From Herpetosiphon geysericola (lineage in GTDB: Bacteria > Chloroflexota > Chloroflexia > Chloroflexales > Herpetosiphonaceae): DNA of 64,000 bases. Below are positions 9,905 through 19,279 of this stretch, one piece after another. The notes beneath the pieces are model-generated. The model saw only the letters and a list, made by a program, of their open reading frames with translations. It searched no databases and was not told the DNA's origin. Where the stretch lies: positions 24,726 to 88,725 of the forward strand of contig NZ_LGKP01000040.1 in the NCBI RefSeq assembly GCF_001306135.1. Reading direction: 5' to 3'. Position 1 is the stretch's first letter. Every line of letters begins with the position of its first letter. Position numbers and translations under genes: made by a program.

Positions 9905-10098
9905 CCCGTAAATAAAGTCAGAAGTCAAAGGGCAAAAGTCAGAAGTCAGAAGTCAAAAAAATGCCAAGAATTATTGATCAAAGATAGATAAAACTTGGTA
10001 TTGATCAAATGCTAGCTAGAGATTGGTTTGGAACTAGACTTTTTTGATTTTGTTCTCTACTTAATATTTTGCCCTTTGACTTTTGATTTTTGACTTTC
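9905..10098. repeat. Intergenic element with inverted AAGTCAAAGGGCAAAA arms and GTCAGAAGTCA reiterations, flanking two TATTGATCAAA sites
   Basis: Left arm aagtcaaagggcaaaagtcagaagtcagaagtca. Right arm is its inverted copy, ttttgccctttgacttttgatttttgac. The centre holds two TTGATCAA palindromes. The motif recurs at about 50229 upstream of cas10. Confidence 0.55.
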
Positions 10099-10446
10099 CT
10101 AAAAGACTTCTGCCCCGAATTCGGCTAGCTCGTCGGCAATCGATTCAATATCGTGGATGGTGCGCATTTTTTTGATCAGCCCAGTATATTTTTGACGATT
10201 GGCATCGTGGGCCATCACCGCCCGCTCAACATATTGGGTCAAATACAGTTTCAAAGCCGCTAGTTGGCCTTCATCCAGGCGCTCGCCGTTCATATAAGCA
10301 TCGACGGCAGCTTCTAACACCCCAGTTTGTTCTTCCATCCAAAAGCGTGGTGGCACTGCCACCTTAAATGGATAGGGATATTCGCGGTTGGGCACAAATA
10401 CTAAATTGCCAATTTGCTCGGCATCTTCTGGCCATTGCTCTGTCAT
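10099..10446 (-). CDS. Hypothetical protein
   Basis: 115-aa ORF with coding-like composition. No recognisable motif. Confidence 0.4.
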   Translation of the reverse strand: MTEQWPEDAEQIGNLVFVPNREYPYPFKVAVPPRFWMEEQTGVLEAAVDAYMNGERLDEGQLAALKLYLTQYVERAVMAHDANRQKYTGLIKKMRTIHDIESIADELAEFGAEVF

Positions 10447-10469
10447 TTTCGCAGAATCCTTCAGTAGAT

Positions 10470-11510
10470 TTAATTCTGAATATCGTTCAAGCTCGCCAAG
10501 GGCACAATTGGGTCGATTTGCTGGACGCTATTGCTTTCAGCAGCGTCAATTGCCCGCATAATTAAGCGCCAATCAGCCAACGCGCTTGCCAACGTAGCCA
10601 CAATTGGCTCATCATCAACAATCGCCGCGTAAAAATTACGAAACTCGCTTTCGTAACCACGCAAATCACGAGCTTGGTAGTGTTCTATTGTACCATCAGC
10701 CCGATATAATGTCGTCTGATCGCCACGAATCGTAATACTACCGCTCGTGCCATGCACTACCGTCCAATCAAACGAGGGCTGTTCGGTTTTTACCGCGCCC
10801 GAAAAACACAGCGAGCCAAGCACGCCCGAGGCAAAACGCAAATTTAGCACCATCGTGTCTGGGCCACGCAGTACCGGATGCACATCTTTAATGAAGGCAT
10901 GAGCGCTTTCGATTGGCCCGCCAATTTCGCGCAACAAAGCAGCTTGATGCACGCCAGCATCGGCAAGCACTGCACCACGATATTGATGATCGTGGCGCCA
11001 TGGCGTTGCGCCAAAGCCTTGGGTTGGATCGCTCCAAAAGGTTGCACGCACATCAATTAACACCACAGCGCCAATTGCGCCTGCATCCATCCAAGCCCGC
11101 GCTTGTTTAAGATCATCGCGATAGTGGAAATTCTCGGCAATCAGGATTTTAACCGGAGCATGTTTGCACGCTGCAACCAACGCTTCGGCCTGCGGCAAAT
11201 TCGCCGCCAATGGTTTTTCGCAAATCACATGTTTGCCAGCAACCACTGCCGCCTGAATTGCTTCGGCGTTACGCTGAATTGGCAACGAAATTAACACCGC
11301 ATCGATCGACGAGTCAGCAAAGAAATCCACCCACGAATCAGTGATCGTTGGGTGGACATCCAGCAGGCCTGCCAACGCCTCAGCATTTGCCCGATTATGG
11401 TCGCAAATGCTAACAATTTGAAAGCAATTCGGTAACGCTTTGAGCGCTGGCAGGTGTAAATGTTTGACCGCTAAACCAGCTCCAAGCACTCCTAACCTGA
11501 TCGTTTGCAT
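10470..11510 (-). CDS. Gfo/Idh/MocA-family NAD(P)-dependent oxidoreductase
   Basis: N-terminal Rossmann fold (IRLGVLGAGLAVKH) and EKPLA motif typical of the family. Confidence 0.8.
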   Translation of the reverse strand: MQTIRLGVLGAGLAVKHLHLPALKALPNCFQIVSICDHNRANAEALAGLLDVHPTITDSWVDFFADSSIDAVLISLPIQRNAEAIQAAVVAGKHVICEKPLAANLPQAEALVAACKHAPVKILIAENFHYRDDLKQARAWMDAGAIGAVVLIDVRATFWSDPTQGFGATPWRHDHQYRGAVLADAGVHQAALLREIGGPIESAHAFIKDVHPVLRGPDTMVLNLRFASGVLGSLCFSGAVKTEQPSFDWTVVHGTSGSITIRGDQTTLYRADGTIEHYQARDLRGYESEFRNFYAAIVDDEPIVATLASALADWRLIMRAIDAAESNSVQQIDPIVPLASLNDIQN

Positions 11511-11866
11511 TAATGACGGGCCTCACGCTGGAAGCGGCGACGTTGCATGAGAGTTGGGCGGCGGCGAATTTTGAACGGCGATGGTGGCGTTAATGGATCA
11601 TCAGCAGTCAAACGGGCGCGGCGCTTTGGACGTTCAAAGCGATAATAATCAAAGCCAACTAAGCCAACCCCAATCACGGCGGCAACCGCGATAATGACCG
11701 AACCAACCAAGCCTTCAGCATTGCGGGTATACACCAAGCCGCTCACAAAGGCAGTTGCGAGGGTTAGCCAGCCCAACGCACCTTGCCAGCGCTTGCGAAA
11801 AACAAACAACACAAGAACAGCAAACACCGCTAAAAAGCCGAAAACGAGCCAATCAACACCAGTCAT
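11510..11866 (-). CDS. Small membrane protein
   Basis: Three predicted TM helices and an Arg-rich tail. Confidence 0.45.
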   Translation of the reverse strand: MTGVDWLVFGFLAVFAVLVLFVFRKRWQGALGWLTLATAFVSGLVYTRNAEGLVGSVIIAVAAVIGVGLVGFDYYRFERPKRRARLTADDPLTPPSPFKIRRRPTLMQRRRFQREARH

Positions 11867-12049
11867 AACGTGCTCCTCTAAGTCAAAGCATGGCGGTTAA
11901 TACTGTAGCACACAATGGGCCATGCCTTCCGAGCCAATTCCGATTGATTATGGTTAATCATGGGCCATAATTCCATGTTTGACAAGCAGCCTTCAGATCT
12001 ATTATTCTATACCTTGTATAACAAAGTATCCTTTATCACAAGGTAGCCT

Positions 12050-12385
12050 ATGTTTGAACGTGAACTTCTTAAAGGTAGCCTCGGTTTGATGCTGATGGCA
12101 CTCATTGAGCAAGGCCCAATGTATGGCTACCTGATCGCGAAGGAAATCCGTGCCCTCACCGATGATGTAATTGATCTGAAAGAGGGTTCGTTGTATCCTG
12201 CGCTTCATCGATTGGAAAAAGAAGGGATGATTGAAGGCTTCTGGCAACGCCGTGAAGACGGTGTTGACCGCCGCTACTATCGGATAACGGCAGCTGGACA
12301 AGCTGTCTTAGACGAACGTCGCGCCCAATGGAGTCGATTTAGTGCCGCAGTTTCAAAGGTGGTCTCCGATGCACCGTCCCAATGA
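12050..12385 (+). CDS. PadR-family transcriptional regulator
   Basis: MYGYLIAKEI...GSLYPALHRLEKEGMI...RRYYRIT is the PadR winged-helix signature. Confidence 0.9.
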   Translation: MFERELLKGSLGLMLMALIEQGPMYGYLIAKEIRALTDDVIDLKEGSLYPALHRLEKEGMIEGFWQRREDGVDRRYYRITAAGQAVLDERRAQWSRFSAAVSKVVSDAPSQ

Positions 12386-12905
12386 TAGCTATTTTGCTGA
12401 ACTTGAACATGAATTAGCAGCGCTCAGCTTGGCCGAACGTGAAGCCATTCTGCGCGAGCTTCGTTCGCACTACGACGATGCCGCTGCCGATCCCACTGCT
12501 GATGATCAGACATTACGCTTAGGTTTGCCGTTTCAGGCCGATCAAATTGGGCGCAAGCTCAAGCGGATTCATCGCTCGGCCAAACGCGAGGCCGCCAAAC
12601 ATCGCACGATGATGATCATCGCAACCGTGATTGCCAGCATTGCAATTGTGCTCTCGTTTATCTTTCCATGGATCGATGGCAATCTTTTGGCCTTCATCCT
12701 TGGCGGCACAGCCGTGGTCTGCTCAATTCTCTCAGTCGTAGGAATTTGGCTGCCAAAACAAACGGTCGGCCAATGGCTCTTTTGGAGTGGCAGCACCGGC
12801 CTGACATTAATCGGCCTGCCATCGGTAATTAGTTTCAGTAGTTTCTATCTCATCTTCGGCCCTTTGTTGTTGTGGACAGGAACCCGACTACAACGGACGT
12901 ATTAA
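12369..12905 (+). CDS. DUF1700-like membrane protein partnered with PadR
   Basis: N-terminal SYFAELEHELAALSLAEREAILRELRSHYDD resembles DUF1700 (YvlC-like). C-terminal TM helices. Overlaps the padR stop. Confidence 0.6.
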   Translation: MHRPNDSYFAELEHELAALSLAEREAILRELRSHYDDAAADPTADDQTLRLGLPFQADQIGRKLKRIHRSAKREAAKHRTMMIIATVIASIAIVLSFIFPWIDGNLLAFILGGTAVVCSILSVVGIWLPKQTVGQWLFWSGSTGLTLIGLPSVISFSSFYLIFGPLLLWTGTRLQRTY

Positions 12906-12971
12906 GCCGCTAATGTGGCTGCCCCGTTCGAGCGGGGTTTCTTTAGTGTGCCTAAAACAAGGAGTAGCTCT

Positions 12972-13991
12972 GTGTTACACGAACAACAAACCCCTATCAC
13001 TCCCATAGTTATCAATGGCCCATGGACGCGCGAAGCCCGCGAACGGGCGATTGCCGAAGAAGTAAAATTAGCCTATATCGAATATTTTCGCAAAGCTGTC
13101 AAAACCCGCAATTGGTTGCCATGGGACGATTTGCCCTTGCGCGAGATGGAGCAATATGGTCATCTGCTGAGCGAAGATACCGTAACCTTGGTCGAAAGTT
13201 TCCTCGGCGTTGAAGATTACGTTGGCGATTATGTCGAGGATACGATCAACATTGTGCATGGTAAACGCGAACGGCGCAATATTCAATTGCAATGGGGTGC
13301 TGAAGAATCGAAGCATGCAGAAGCATGGGAATTAGTACTGTTGCACTCAGGCCGCCGCACCAAAGAGCAATTAGAAAGCTATCGCGATAAAGTGGCCGAG
13401 CATCGCTGGACGATGTATGAAAATCACCCTGGCTTTGACACGCCCTTAGGTGTTGCCGCCTATGCCATGGTCCAAGAACGCGCTACCTATTTCAATTATG
13501 AAGAATTGCGCAAACGGATTCGCAGCGAATATGGCTTGCCCGAGCACAGCACCGAAGAAGAACGCAAACGCGGCAAGCAAATTGGCGCAGCCGCAGCCTT
13601 CAAAATTGTTGGCGTTGATGAAATTGCCCACCACGGCATGTTTTTGCGGGTGATCGATATTTACAAGCGCTATTTGCCCTATGAAACGCTCGATATGGTG
13701 TTTCGGGTGCTGAATGGTTTCAACATGCCAGCGCTGCATATTTTGCCCAATGCAGAGGAACTGAAAGCCTCCTTGGAACGCACCAAGCTTTACACGCCAC
13801 TCAAGCATGGTCGTTTTGTTGCCAACCCCGTGCTCGATGCCATGGGCTTTAACAACAAACGCGCGCTCGAACGGGCCGTGCAACACGCCAAGCTTTTGCC
13901 AACCGGCCTTGGCCCTGAGCACGTCGCAATTGGCCGCGATGGCGAGTTTGTGATTTCAATGCAGCCAGACGCCGAAGTTGAAGCCGCCTAA
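12972..13991 (+). CDS. Soluble acyl-ACP desaturase (di-iron ferritin-like fatty-acid desaturase, DesA family)
   Basis: Two di-iron E-x-x-H motifs (EESKHAE, DEIAHHG) in an acyl-ACP desaturase-like context. GTG start preceded by an AAGGAG RBS. Confidence 0.75.
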   Translation: MLHEQQTPITPIVINGPWTREARERAIAEEVKLAYIEYFRKAVKTRNWLPWDDLPLREMEQYGHLLSEDTVTLVESFLGVEDYVGDYVEDTINIVHGKRERRNIQLQWGAEESKHAEAWELVLLHSGRRTKEQLESYRDKVAEHRWTMYENHPGFDTPLGVAAYAMVQERATYFNYEELRKRIRSEYGLPEHSTEEERKRGKQIGAAAAFKIVGVDEIAHHGMFLRVIDIYKRYLPYETLDMVFRVLNGFNMPALHILPNAEELKASLERTKLYTPLKHGRFVANPVLDAMGFNNKRALERAVQHAKLLPTGLGPEHVAIGRDGEFVISMQPDAEVEAA

Positions 13992-14015
13992 GACGTTACT
14001 TAAAGCCCAAAGCGC

Positions 14016-14050
14016 AGGGAGCATTGAATCCCTGCGCTTTGTTGTTTAAC
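14016..14050 (+). terminator. Rho-independent terminator
   Basis: GCGCAGGGA-loop-TCCCTGCGC hairpin followed by a T-rich run. Confidence 0.6.
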
Positions 14051-14087
14051 CCAGCATTCACCGAACAACAAATGGTTAAGAAGAACG

Positions 14088-14453
14088 TTAAGAATTGGAG
14101 ATTGATGATTGTTGGGTGTTGGTGTAGGCCGCCAAATCTTGTTCTTCAATCACTGGCATAAAGCGCGTCATCTCCACCATCTTGAAGATTTTTTGATGAT
14201 GAGGGCTAACATGGAGACAAAAGACTTTATAGCCATTCTTGCGCGCAGCCACCACAAACTTCAGCAACACCGAAATGCCAGCAGAGTTGATAAAGGCCAC
14301 ATCGGCAAAATCTAAAACCGTAATTGGTTTCATGTGAGTACAAGCATGTTCGATCGCTGCCGCCGAAACGGCATCGACGCTGTTGGTCAGAATATGCAAC
14401 AGCACGACATCATCCCACTCTTCTCGGCGAATTACCGATTGTACGTCGCTCAT
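14088..14453 (-). CDS. STAS-domain anti-sigma-factor antagonist (RsbV/SpoIIAA-like)
   Basis: STAS fold with a conserved Ser in DFADVAFINSAGISVLL. Confidence 0.8.
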   Translation of the reverse strand: MSDVQSVIRREEWDDVVLLHILTNSVDAVSAAAIEHACTHMKPITVLDFADVAFINSAGISVLLKFVVAARKNGYKVFCLHVSPHHQKIFKMVEMTRFMPVIEEQDLAAYTNTQQSSISNS

Positions 14454-14564
14454 AATAGATCTCCTAGGTTGGTCAACGCGGCCAACTCTCCCCTGATCAT
14501 AGTTGAGCAAGCGATTTTTGGCAACCAAGCTGCATGAAATTTTGATGACAGATCCAAAGAACAT

Positions 14565-14770
14565 AGAGCATTGATAAGGATGAAGGATGAAGGATGAGGG
14601 ATGAGAGATGAAGCCTAAAACCGATTGCCCTTCGCGTTCTTCGCGATCTTTGCGGTTCTATTCTTCGTGCGCTTCGTGTCCTTCGTGGATCAACACTAGC
14701 CCCCGACCCCTGATCCCCAGCCCCCAATCCCATTCGCTACTTTGCTTTGAAAATCCGCAGCCGCAAACTG
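14565..14770. repeat. Miniature repeat element (GGATGAA and CTTCGTG tandem units, G-rich end) inserted between the rsbW-like and STAS genes
   Basis: gataaggatgaaggatgaaggatgagggatgag...cttcgtgcgcttcgtgtccttcgtgg...cccccgacccctgatcccc. Related to the element at 25.6-25.97 kb. Confidence 0.6.
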
Positions 14771-15156
14771 GTGCCAGTGCCAGAGCTTTGCACCTCATAT
14801 TGATCGACCAATTCGCTGATCAAATATGAGCCAAAGCCACGCAACATGCCTGATTCGAGATTATCTTCCTCGACCACCCGGCGCTCGGTGTTGAAGTGCT
14901 CGATGCCTTTGCCATGATCGATAATTTCAACTTCTAGTTGATCGGCGTGGAGCGAAAAAATGACTTCAACCGAGCCAGCCACGCCGCCACCACCGCCATG
15001 CTCAATCGCGTTGGTGACGGCTTCGCTCACTGCGAGCTTGAGATCTTCGACGCGCTCGCGCGGAAAGCCCATGGTGCTGCCAAGCTCGGCGGCACTAGCC
15101 CGCACAACCCGCTCAAAAACCAAGTCAGATGGAATGTTAAGGTGAATCCGATTCAT
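14737..15156 (-). CDS. Anti-sigma regulatory factor Ser/Thr kinase (RsbW/SpoIIAB-like, HATPase_c)
   Basis: LAVSEAVTNAIEHGGGGG (N-box/G1), 139 aa. Confidence 0.8.
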   Translation of the reverse strand: MNRIHLNIPSDLVFERVVRASAAELGSTMGFPRERVEDLKLAVSEAVTNAIEHGGGGGVAGSVEVIFSLHADQLEVEIIDHGKGIEHFNTERRVVEEDNLESGMLRGFGSYLISELVDQYEVQSSGTGTSLRLRIFKAK

Positions 15157-16709
15157 CGTGAACCTCCACGGGCCATTGCGCGGCCCTTTTGGGGTAATTG
15201 TTCTTGTTGATTGATCAGATGTTCATAGCGACGAAGGTAGGCTTTGCCCAAGGAACTGTTGCCAACTTGGAGATAACATGCCCCCAGATAATACAGTGCT
15301 TGGGTATGGCGTGGGTTACGTCGCAGCACTTTTTCAAATAACGGGATGGCTTGGGCTGGTTCGAGCATTTCTTTATAACAGGTGCCCAGCATAAAAGTGG
15401 TTTCAATATCATCGGGCCAGTGCATCAGCACATGGCTAAATTCACGCGATGCCAAATCGTAGCGCCGCCGCCGCGTGTACATATAGCCCAAATCGTAGCG
15501 TAGCGAATGCGCATGCGGTGCTAATTCCACCGCTTTACGCCAAGCAGCCAAGGCCCAACTTTCGTGGCCCAACACGGTATACATAAAGCCCAGCAAATAG
15601 TAGGCATTGGGATCTTTGGGCAAGAGCTGTACCGCACGTTCAAAGGCCCGCATGGCGGCATGATGTTTTTCTAAATCATAGAGCAGCTTGCCCATTTGTA
15701 AGAAAATTTGGCCATCGTTGGGGCGCAATTTGGCGGTGCTATACAAATGGTTGTAGGCCTCGCGATGTTTGCCTTGAAAACGCAAAATTGCGCTGATGCG
15801 GAGCCGCGCATCAACATAATAGCGATCTTGCGGTGGAATCTGGCCATACTCTTGAAACGCCAATTCCCAGCGCCGCGCCCGCGCCAACAAATTACCAAGC
15901 AAATAGCGCGCCCGCTGTTCGGTTGGCCGCCATTTGAGCAAGGCTTCGTAAATGCGCTTAGCATCTTCGTCGTAGCCTTGAGCTTTAAGGTCATCGCTCA
16001 AACGGTAATACCAATTGGCAACCTCTTGCTCCGATTTGCTCACCAGCACTTCATCGGGGCCAACGCTGGGCGAGATAAAGGTTGGTTCAACGCGCAGCGC
16101 CTCGGCAAAACAGCGCTGGGCCAATTCGTGAGCGCCATGGGCTTGGTGCATCAAACCCATATAATACAAAGGTTCGCCAGCATAGGGACGCAACTCACGG
16201 GCCGAGGTAAAATGAATATAGGCCCGACCAGCATCGTCGAGCATTTGATAGGCGCGGCCAAGCGCAAAATGGGCTTCGTACAAGCCATTGTTATGCTCAA
16301 GCGCTTCCTTGAACGCACCAATTGCGCGATCGATTTGGCGCATCGCCCCAAAAGCCACGCCCAAATTGTAGTGCGCCTCGGCTAGTTGCGGATCGGTTTG
16401 TACCGATTCCAAATATTCACGCTGGGCAGTTGGCCAATCATCTTGAAACGCACAAGCATTGCCAATATACAAATAAATAATCGCCCGCTCACGATCATAA
16501 ATTTGCGATTTCTCATCGCCCTCGACATAGGCCGCGATCAACGCGGTTTTGAAATGCTCGATTGCATCAGGATAATTGGCGGCCAAATAGGCTTTGATCC
16601 CGCGTCCAAACGCAGCACCCAAGCGCGTTCCAGCCATAAAACGCTCGCTCCCAGCAAAGGTATCGAGGTCCAGCGGCATTACATTGAGCGTGTCAACATT
16701 GGTAGTCAT
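15153..16709 (-). CDS. TPR-repeat protein
   Basis: Multiple 34-residue TPR-like repeats (AxxYxxLGxxYxxxGxxxxAxxxFxxAL pattern). Confidence 0.8.
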   Translation of the reverse strand: MTTNVDTLNVMPLDLDTFAGSERFMAGTRLGAAFGRGIKAYLAANYPDAIEHFKTALIAAYVEGDEKSQIYDRERAIIYLYIGNACAFQDDWPTAQREYLESVQTDPQLAEAHYNLGVAFGAMRQIDRAIGAFKEALEHNNGLYEAHFALGRAYQMLDDAGRAYIHFTSARELRPYAGEPLYYMGLMHQAHGAHELAQRCFAEALRVEPTFISPSVGPDEVLVSKSEQEVANWYYRLSDDLKAQGYDEDAKRIYEALLKWRPTEQRARYLLGNLLARARRWELAFQEYGQIPPQDRYYVDARLRISAILRFQGKHREAYNHLYSTAKLRPNDGQIFLQMGKLLYDLEKHHAAMRAFERAVQLLPKDPNAYYLLGFMYTVLGHESWALAAWRKAVELAPHAHSLRYDLGYMYTRRRRYDLASREFSHVLMHWPDDIETTFMLGTCYKEMLEPAQAIPLFEKVLRRNPRHTQALYYLGACYLQVGNSSLGKAYLRRYEHLINQQEQLPQKGRAMARGGSR

Positions 16710-16719
16710 AACAGTTCCC

Positions 16720-17817
16720 TTAGGACGATCCTTTGGTGGATTGGAGCAAGCGATATTCTTCGATCACTGGGCGCAATTGCGCTTGAAGTTCGCGGGCAAT
16801 TCCACGGCCAAATTGGCTGGCAACCATTTCATTCAACGGACGCAATAGCTCTAGGCACTGGTCGGGCGTGCGGCTTGCGCCAACAAGCGCTAAGCTTTGC
16901 CACCATTCATCAGCAGTCATTGGCCCAACCACATCGGCCACAATGCTATGCATTTCATCAAGCAAATTGGCCAAACGTCGCCGCACGAGCACCATCGTCA
17001 CATCATCGTGTTTGAGTTGGCCTTGGGTCCAAGCGCGAACTTCGCTGAGCACGCGGGCCATCAACGCCCGTGGCTTAAGGTGGCCAACTGTTTGTAAAAG
17101 GCTTTGAAAGCGTGGGTAGCCATATAAAACTTGATGTTCATTGGTCGCTTCAACCACGCCATCAGTGTACAACATGACTGAATCGCCATAATTCAGTTGC
17201 AAGGTGGATTCAGTATAGCAATCGATCTCCATCACGCCGAGCGGCACACCTGACGTTTCGATTTCAACAACTTGATTATTGATCACAATCAGATAATTGT
17301 GACCAGCATTTGCCAATTGCATCATGCCAGTTTGCGGGTTGATTAATGCATACAGCATCGTAACCATGCCCTGGGGCATTTCTTCGATCAAAATATTATT
17401 AACTGCAGCCAGGGTGTGGCCTGGCGATTGACCGCGCCGCACTTCGGCCCGAAAGACCGTGCGCGCTACCGCCATGCGCAAAGCCGCTGGCAAGCCCTTG
17501 CCGCTCACATCGCCAATCATAATCCCCTGCGAGCCGTTCACCGCCAGAAAATCATACAGGTCGCCGCCAAGCTCACGAGCTGGCAATGAGACTGCGCTTA
17601 GCTCCCAGCCGGGCAAGCGCGGCACGGTTTCGAGCATCAAGCCTTGCTGCAAATCACGCGCCAATTGCAAATCTTGTTCCAACTCAGCTTGACGTTGGTC
17701 GGGCACTGATGCTTCGGGCACTGGCGCAGGCAATGCTGGCTCAAGCGGAATCGCCACCCGACCATGAGCACGGTGACTAAGCAGTGAACTATAGATTACT
17801 GGCTGTACTTTTTGCAT
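16720..17817 (-). CDS. PP2C-family Ser phosphatase (RsbU/SpoIIE-like)
   Basis: GGDLYDF and GDVSGKG motifs with DGVVEA metal-binding Asp; these are SpoIIE/RsbU PPM signatures. Confidence 0.85.
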   Translation of the reverse strand: MQKVQPVIYSSLLSHRAHGRVAIPLEPALPAPVPEASVPDQRQAELEQDLQLARDLQQGLMLETVPRLPGWELSAVSLPARELGGDLYDFLAVNGSQGIMIGDVSGKGLPAALRMAVARTVFRAEVRRGQSPGHTLAAVNNILIEEMPQGMVTMLYALINPQTGMMQLANAGHNYLIVINNQVVEIETSGVPLGVMEIDCYTESTLQLNYGDSVMLYTDGVVEATNEHQVLYGYPRFQSLLQTVGHLKPRALMARVLSEVRAWTQGQLKHDDVTMVLVRRRLANLLDEMHSIVADVVGPMTADEWWQSLALVGASRTPDQCLELLRPLNEMVASQFGRGIARELQAQLRPVIEEYRLLQSTKGSS

Positions 17818-17821
17818 AAGA

Positions 17822-19279
17822 TTAAAATGTTCCTTGGCTGGCTTCTAAGCTGCCAATCCAGCGTTCGCAGGCTGAACGCAACCAGCCAACTGCGATGCCG
17901 TCAATGACTGTGCTACTTGAATGTTGGGCCAACTTGCGTAAGGCATGTTGATAATAACGTAAGGCTGCGGTTTCGCGCCCTTGGTGGCGATAGCTTTCGG
18001 CCAAATGAAAAGCGATTGTCGGCGATTCGGGCACCAAATAGCTAGCACGCTCCAAATAATTAATCGCTTTATCCCACGCACCTTGGTTGAGCTCGATCAT
18101 GCCCAGCACCACATAGGCGGCATCTTGCAAGACATCAAGTTCTAAGGCGCGGCGGGCTTCAGCAGCAGCCTGATCGTTTTGGCCAAGGTCAGCATGCAAT
18201 TGCGCCGCCAAGGCCAAAATTGCTGGCTGGCGCTGATTGGGCGCAATAGTTGCCAAAAGGCTCAAGCCGCGTCGCTGTTGGCCTTGTGCCCGCAAGGTAC
18301 GCGCTTCGGCCAACAAACTGGCTACATCAGGCACTTTTGGCACATCAACGCTAACGCTGGGCCGCGTACTTGGCCGTGGTCGTACCGGAGTTGGCTCAAC
18401 AGGCTTATCAAGTGGCTTGGTAATTGGCCGTTCGACCGTTGGGCGTGGCTTGGGTTGGCCATCGCCTTTGCGATAGATAAATGCGCCAGCCACCTCGACC
18501 GTTTCGAAGCGATCAAAAATGCCCCACAGCGATTCCGAAAAGCCCAAGAGCAAATAGCCACCAACCGCCATCGCCGCATAGATCCGTTCGATCAACTGGC
18601 GACATGTTTCGAGCTGAAAATAGATGGTGACGTTTTGGCAAAACACCACATCAAGCTGATAGGCCCAATGCGGCAGGGCGTCAAGCAAATTGTGCTGCTC
18701 GAATTGTACCAAGGATCGCACTGCTTCGCTGACACGCAGCGACCCATTGGGCTGTTGCTCAAACCATTGTTTGTAGTCGGATTGAACGTTAGCCAACGAA
18801 CGCCCACGATATTCGCCAGCAATCGCCCGCTCAAGCGGCACATGGCTTAAATCGGTGGCCCAAATCGAAATTGGGCGGCTTGGCGGGTTGCCCCATTGCT
18901 GCAAGGCAACCATGGCCATGCTATAAGGTTCCTCGCCAGTTGAGCAGCCAGCGCTCCAGCAACGCAGCGGACGCAACGGCGAACGTACTCGCTGAAGTTC
19001 AGGAAAAATATGCTCGCGCAAAGCCCGAAAATGAGCTGGGTTGCGAAAAAATTGAGTTTCGTGATTGGCCAAGCGCTCAGCCAACCATTGCACCTCGCTT
19101 GCATTGGTCGGGTCTTGAATCCGCAACGTATAGGCTGCTGGGCTAATTTGCAATTGGCGATAGCGTTCCTGAACAAACATGCGCCCTTGGCGCATGCGAC
19201 TATCATCGAGATACAAGCCCGCTCGGCGAGCGAGATAATCGCGGATGATCGTCCATTGTTCAGTGCTTAACTCACTCAT
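17822..19279 (-). CDS. cheR: Chemotaxis protein methyltransferase CheR with C-terminal TPR repeats
   Basis: CheR SAM-MTase core (FFRN...RCWSAGCSTGEEPYS...LLGFSE) followed by TPR. Confidence 0.85.
   Translation of the reverse strand: MSELSTEQWTIIRDYLARRAGLYLDDSRMRQGRMFVQERYRQLQISPAAYTLRIQDPTNASEVQWLAERLANHETQFFRNPAHFRALREHIFPELQRVRSPLRPLRCWSAGCSTGEEPYSMAMVALQQWGNPPSRPISIWATDLSHVPLERAIAGEYRGRSLANVQSDYKQWFEQQPNGSLRVSEAVRSLVQFEQHNLLDALPHWAYQLDVVFCQNVTIYFQLETCRQLIERIYAAMAVGGYLLLGFSESLWGIFDRFETVEVAGAFIYRKGDGQPKPRPTVERPITKPLDKPVEPTPVRPRPSTRPSVSVDVPKVPDVASLLAEARTLRAQGQQRRGLSLLATIAPNQRQPAILALAAQLHADLGQNDQAAAEARRALELDVLQDAAYVVLGMIELNQGAWDKAINYLERASYLVPESPTIAFHLAESYRHQGRETAALRYYQHALRKLAQHSSSTVIDGIAVGWLRSACERWIGSLEASQGTF

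Noticed and set aside
15708-17015. Plus-strand ORFs of 209-225 aa antisense to the TPR and PP2C genes
   Set aside because: Low-complexity, stop-poor reverse frames of GC-rich genes. No RBS or motif support.
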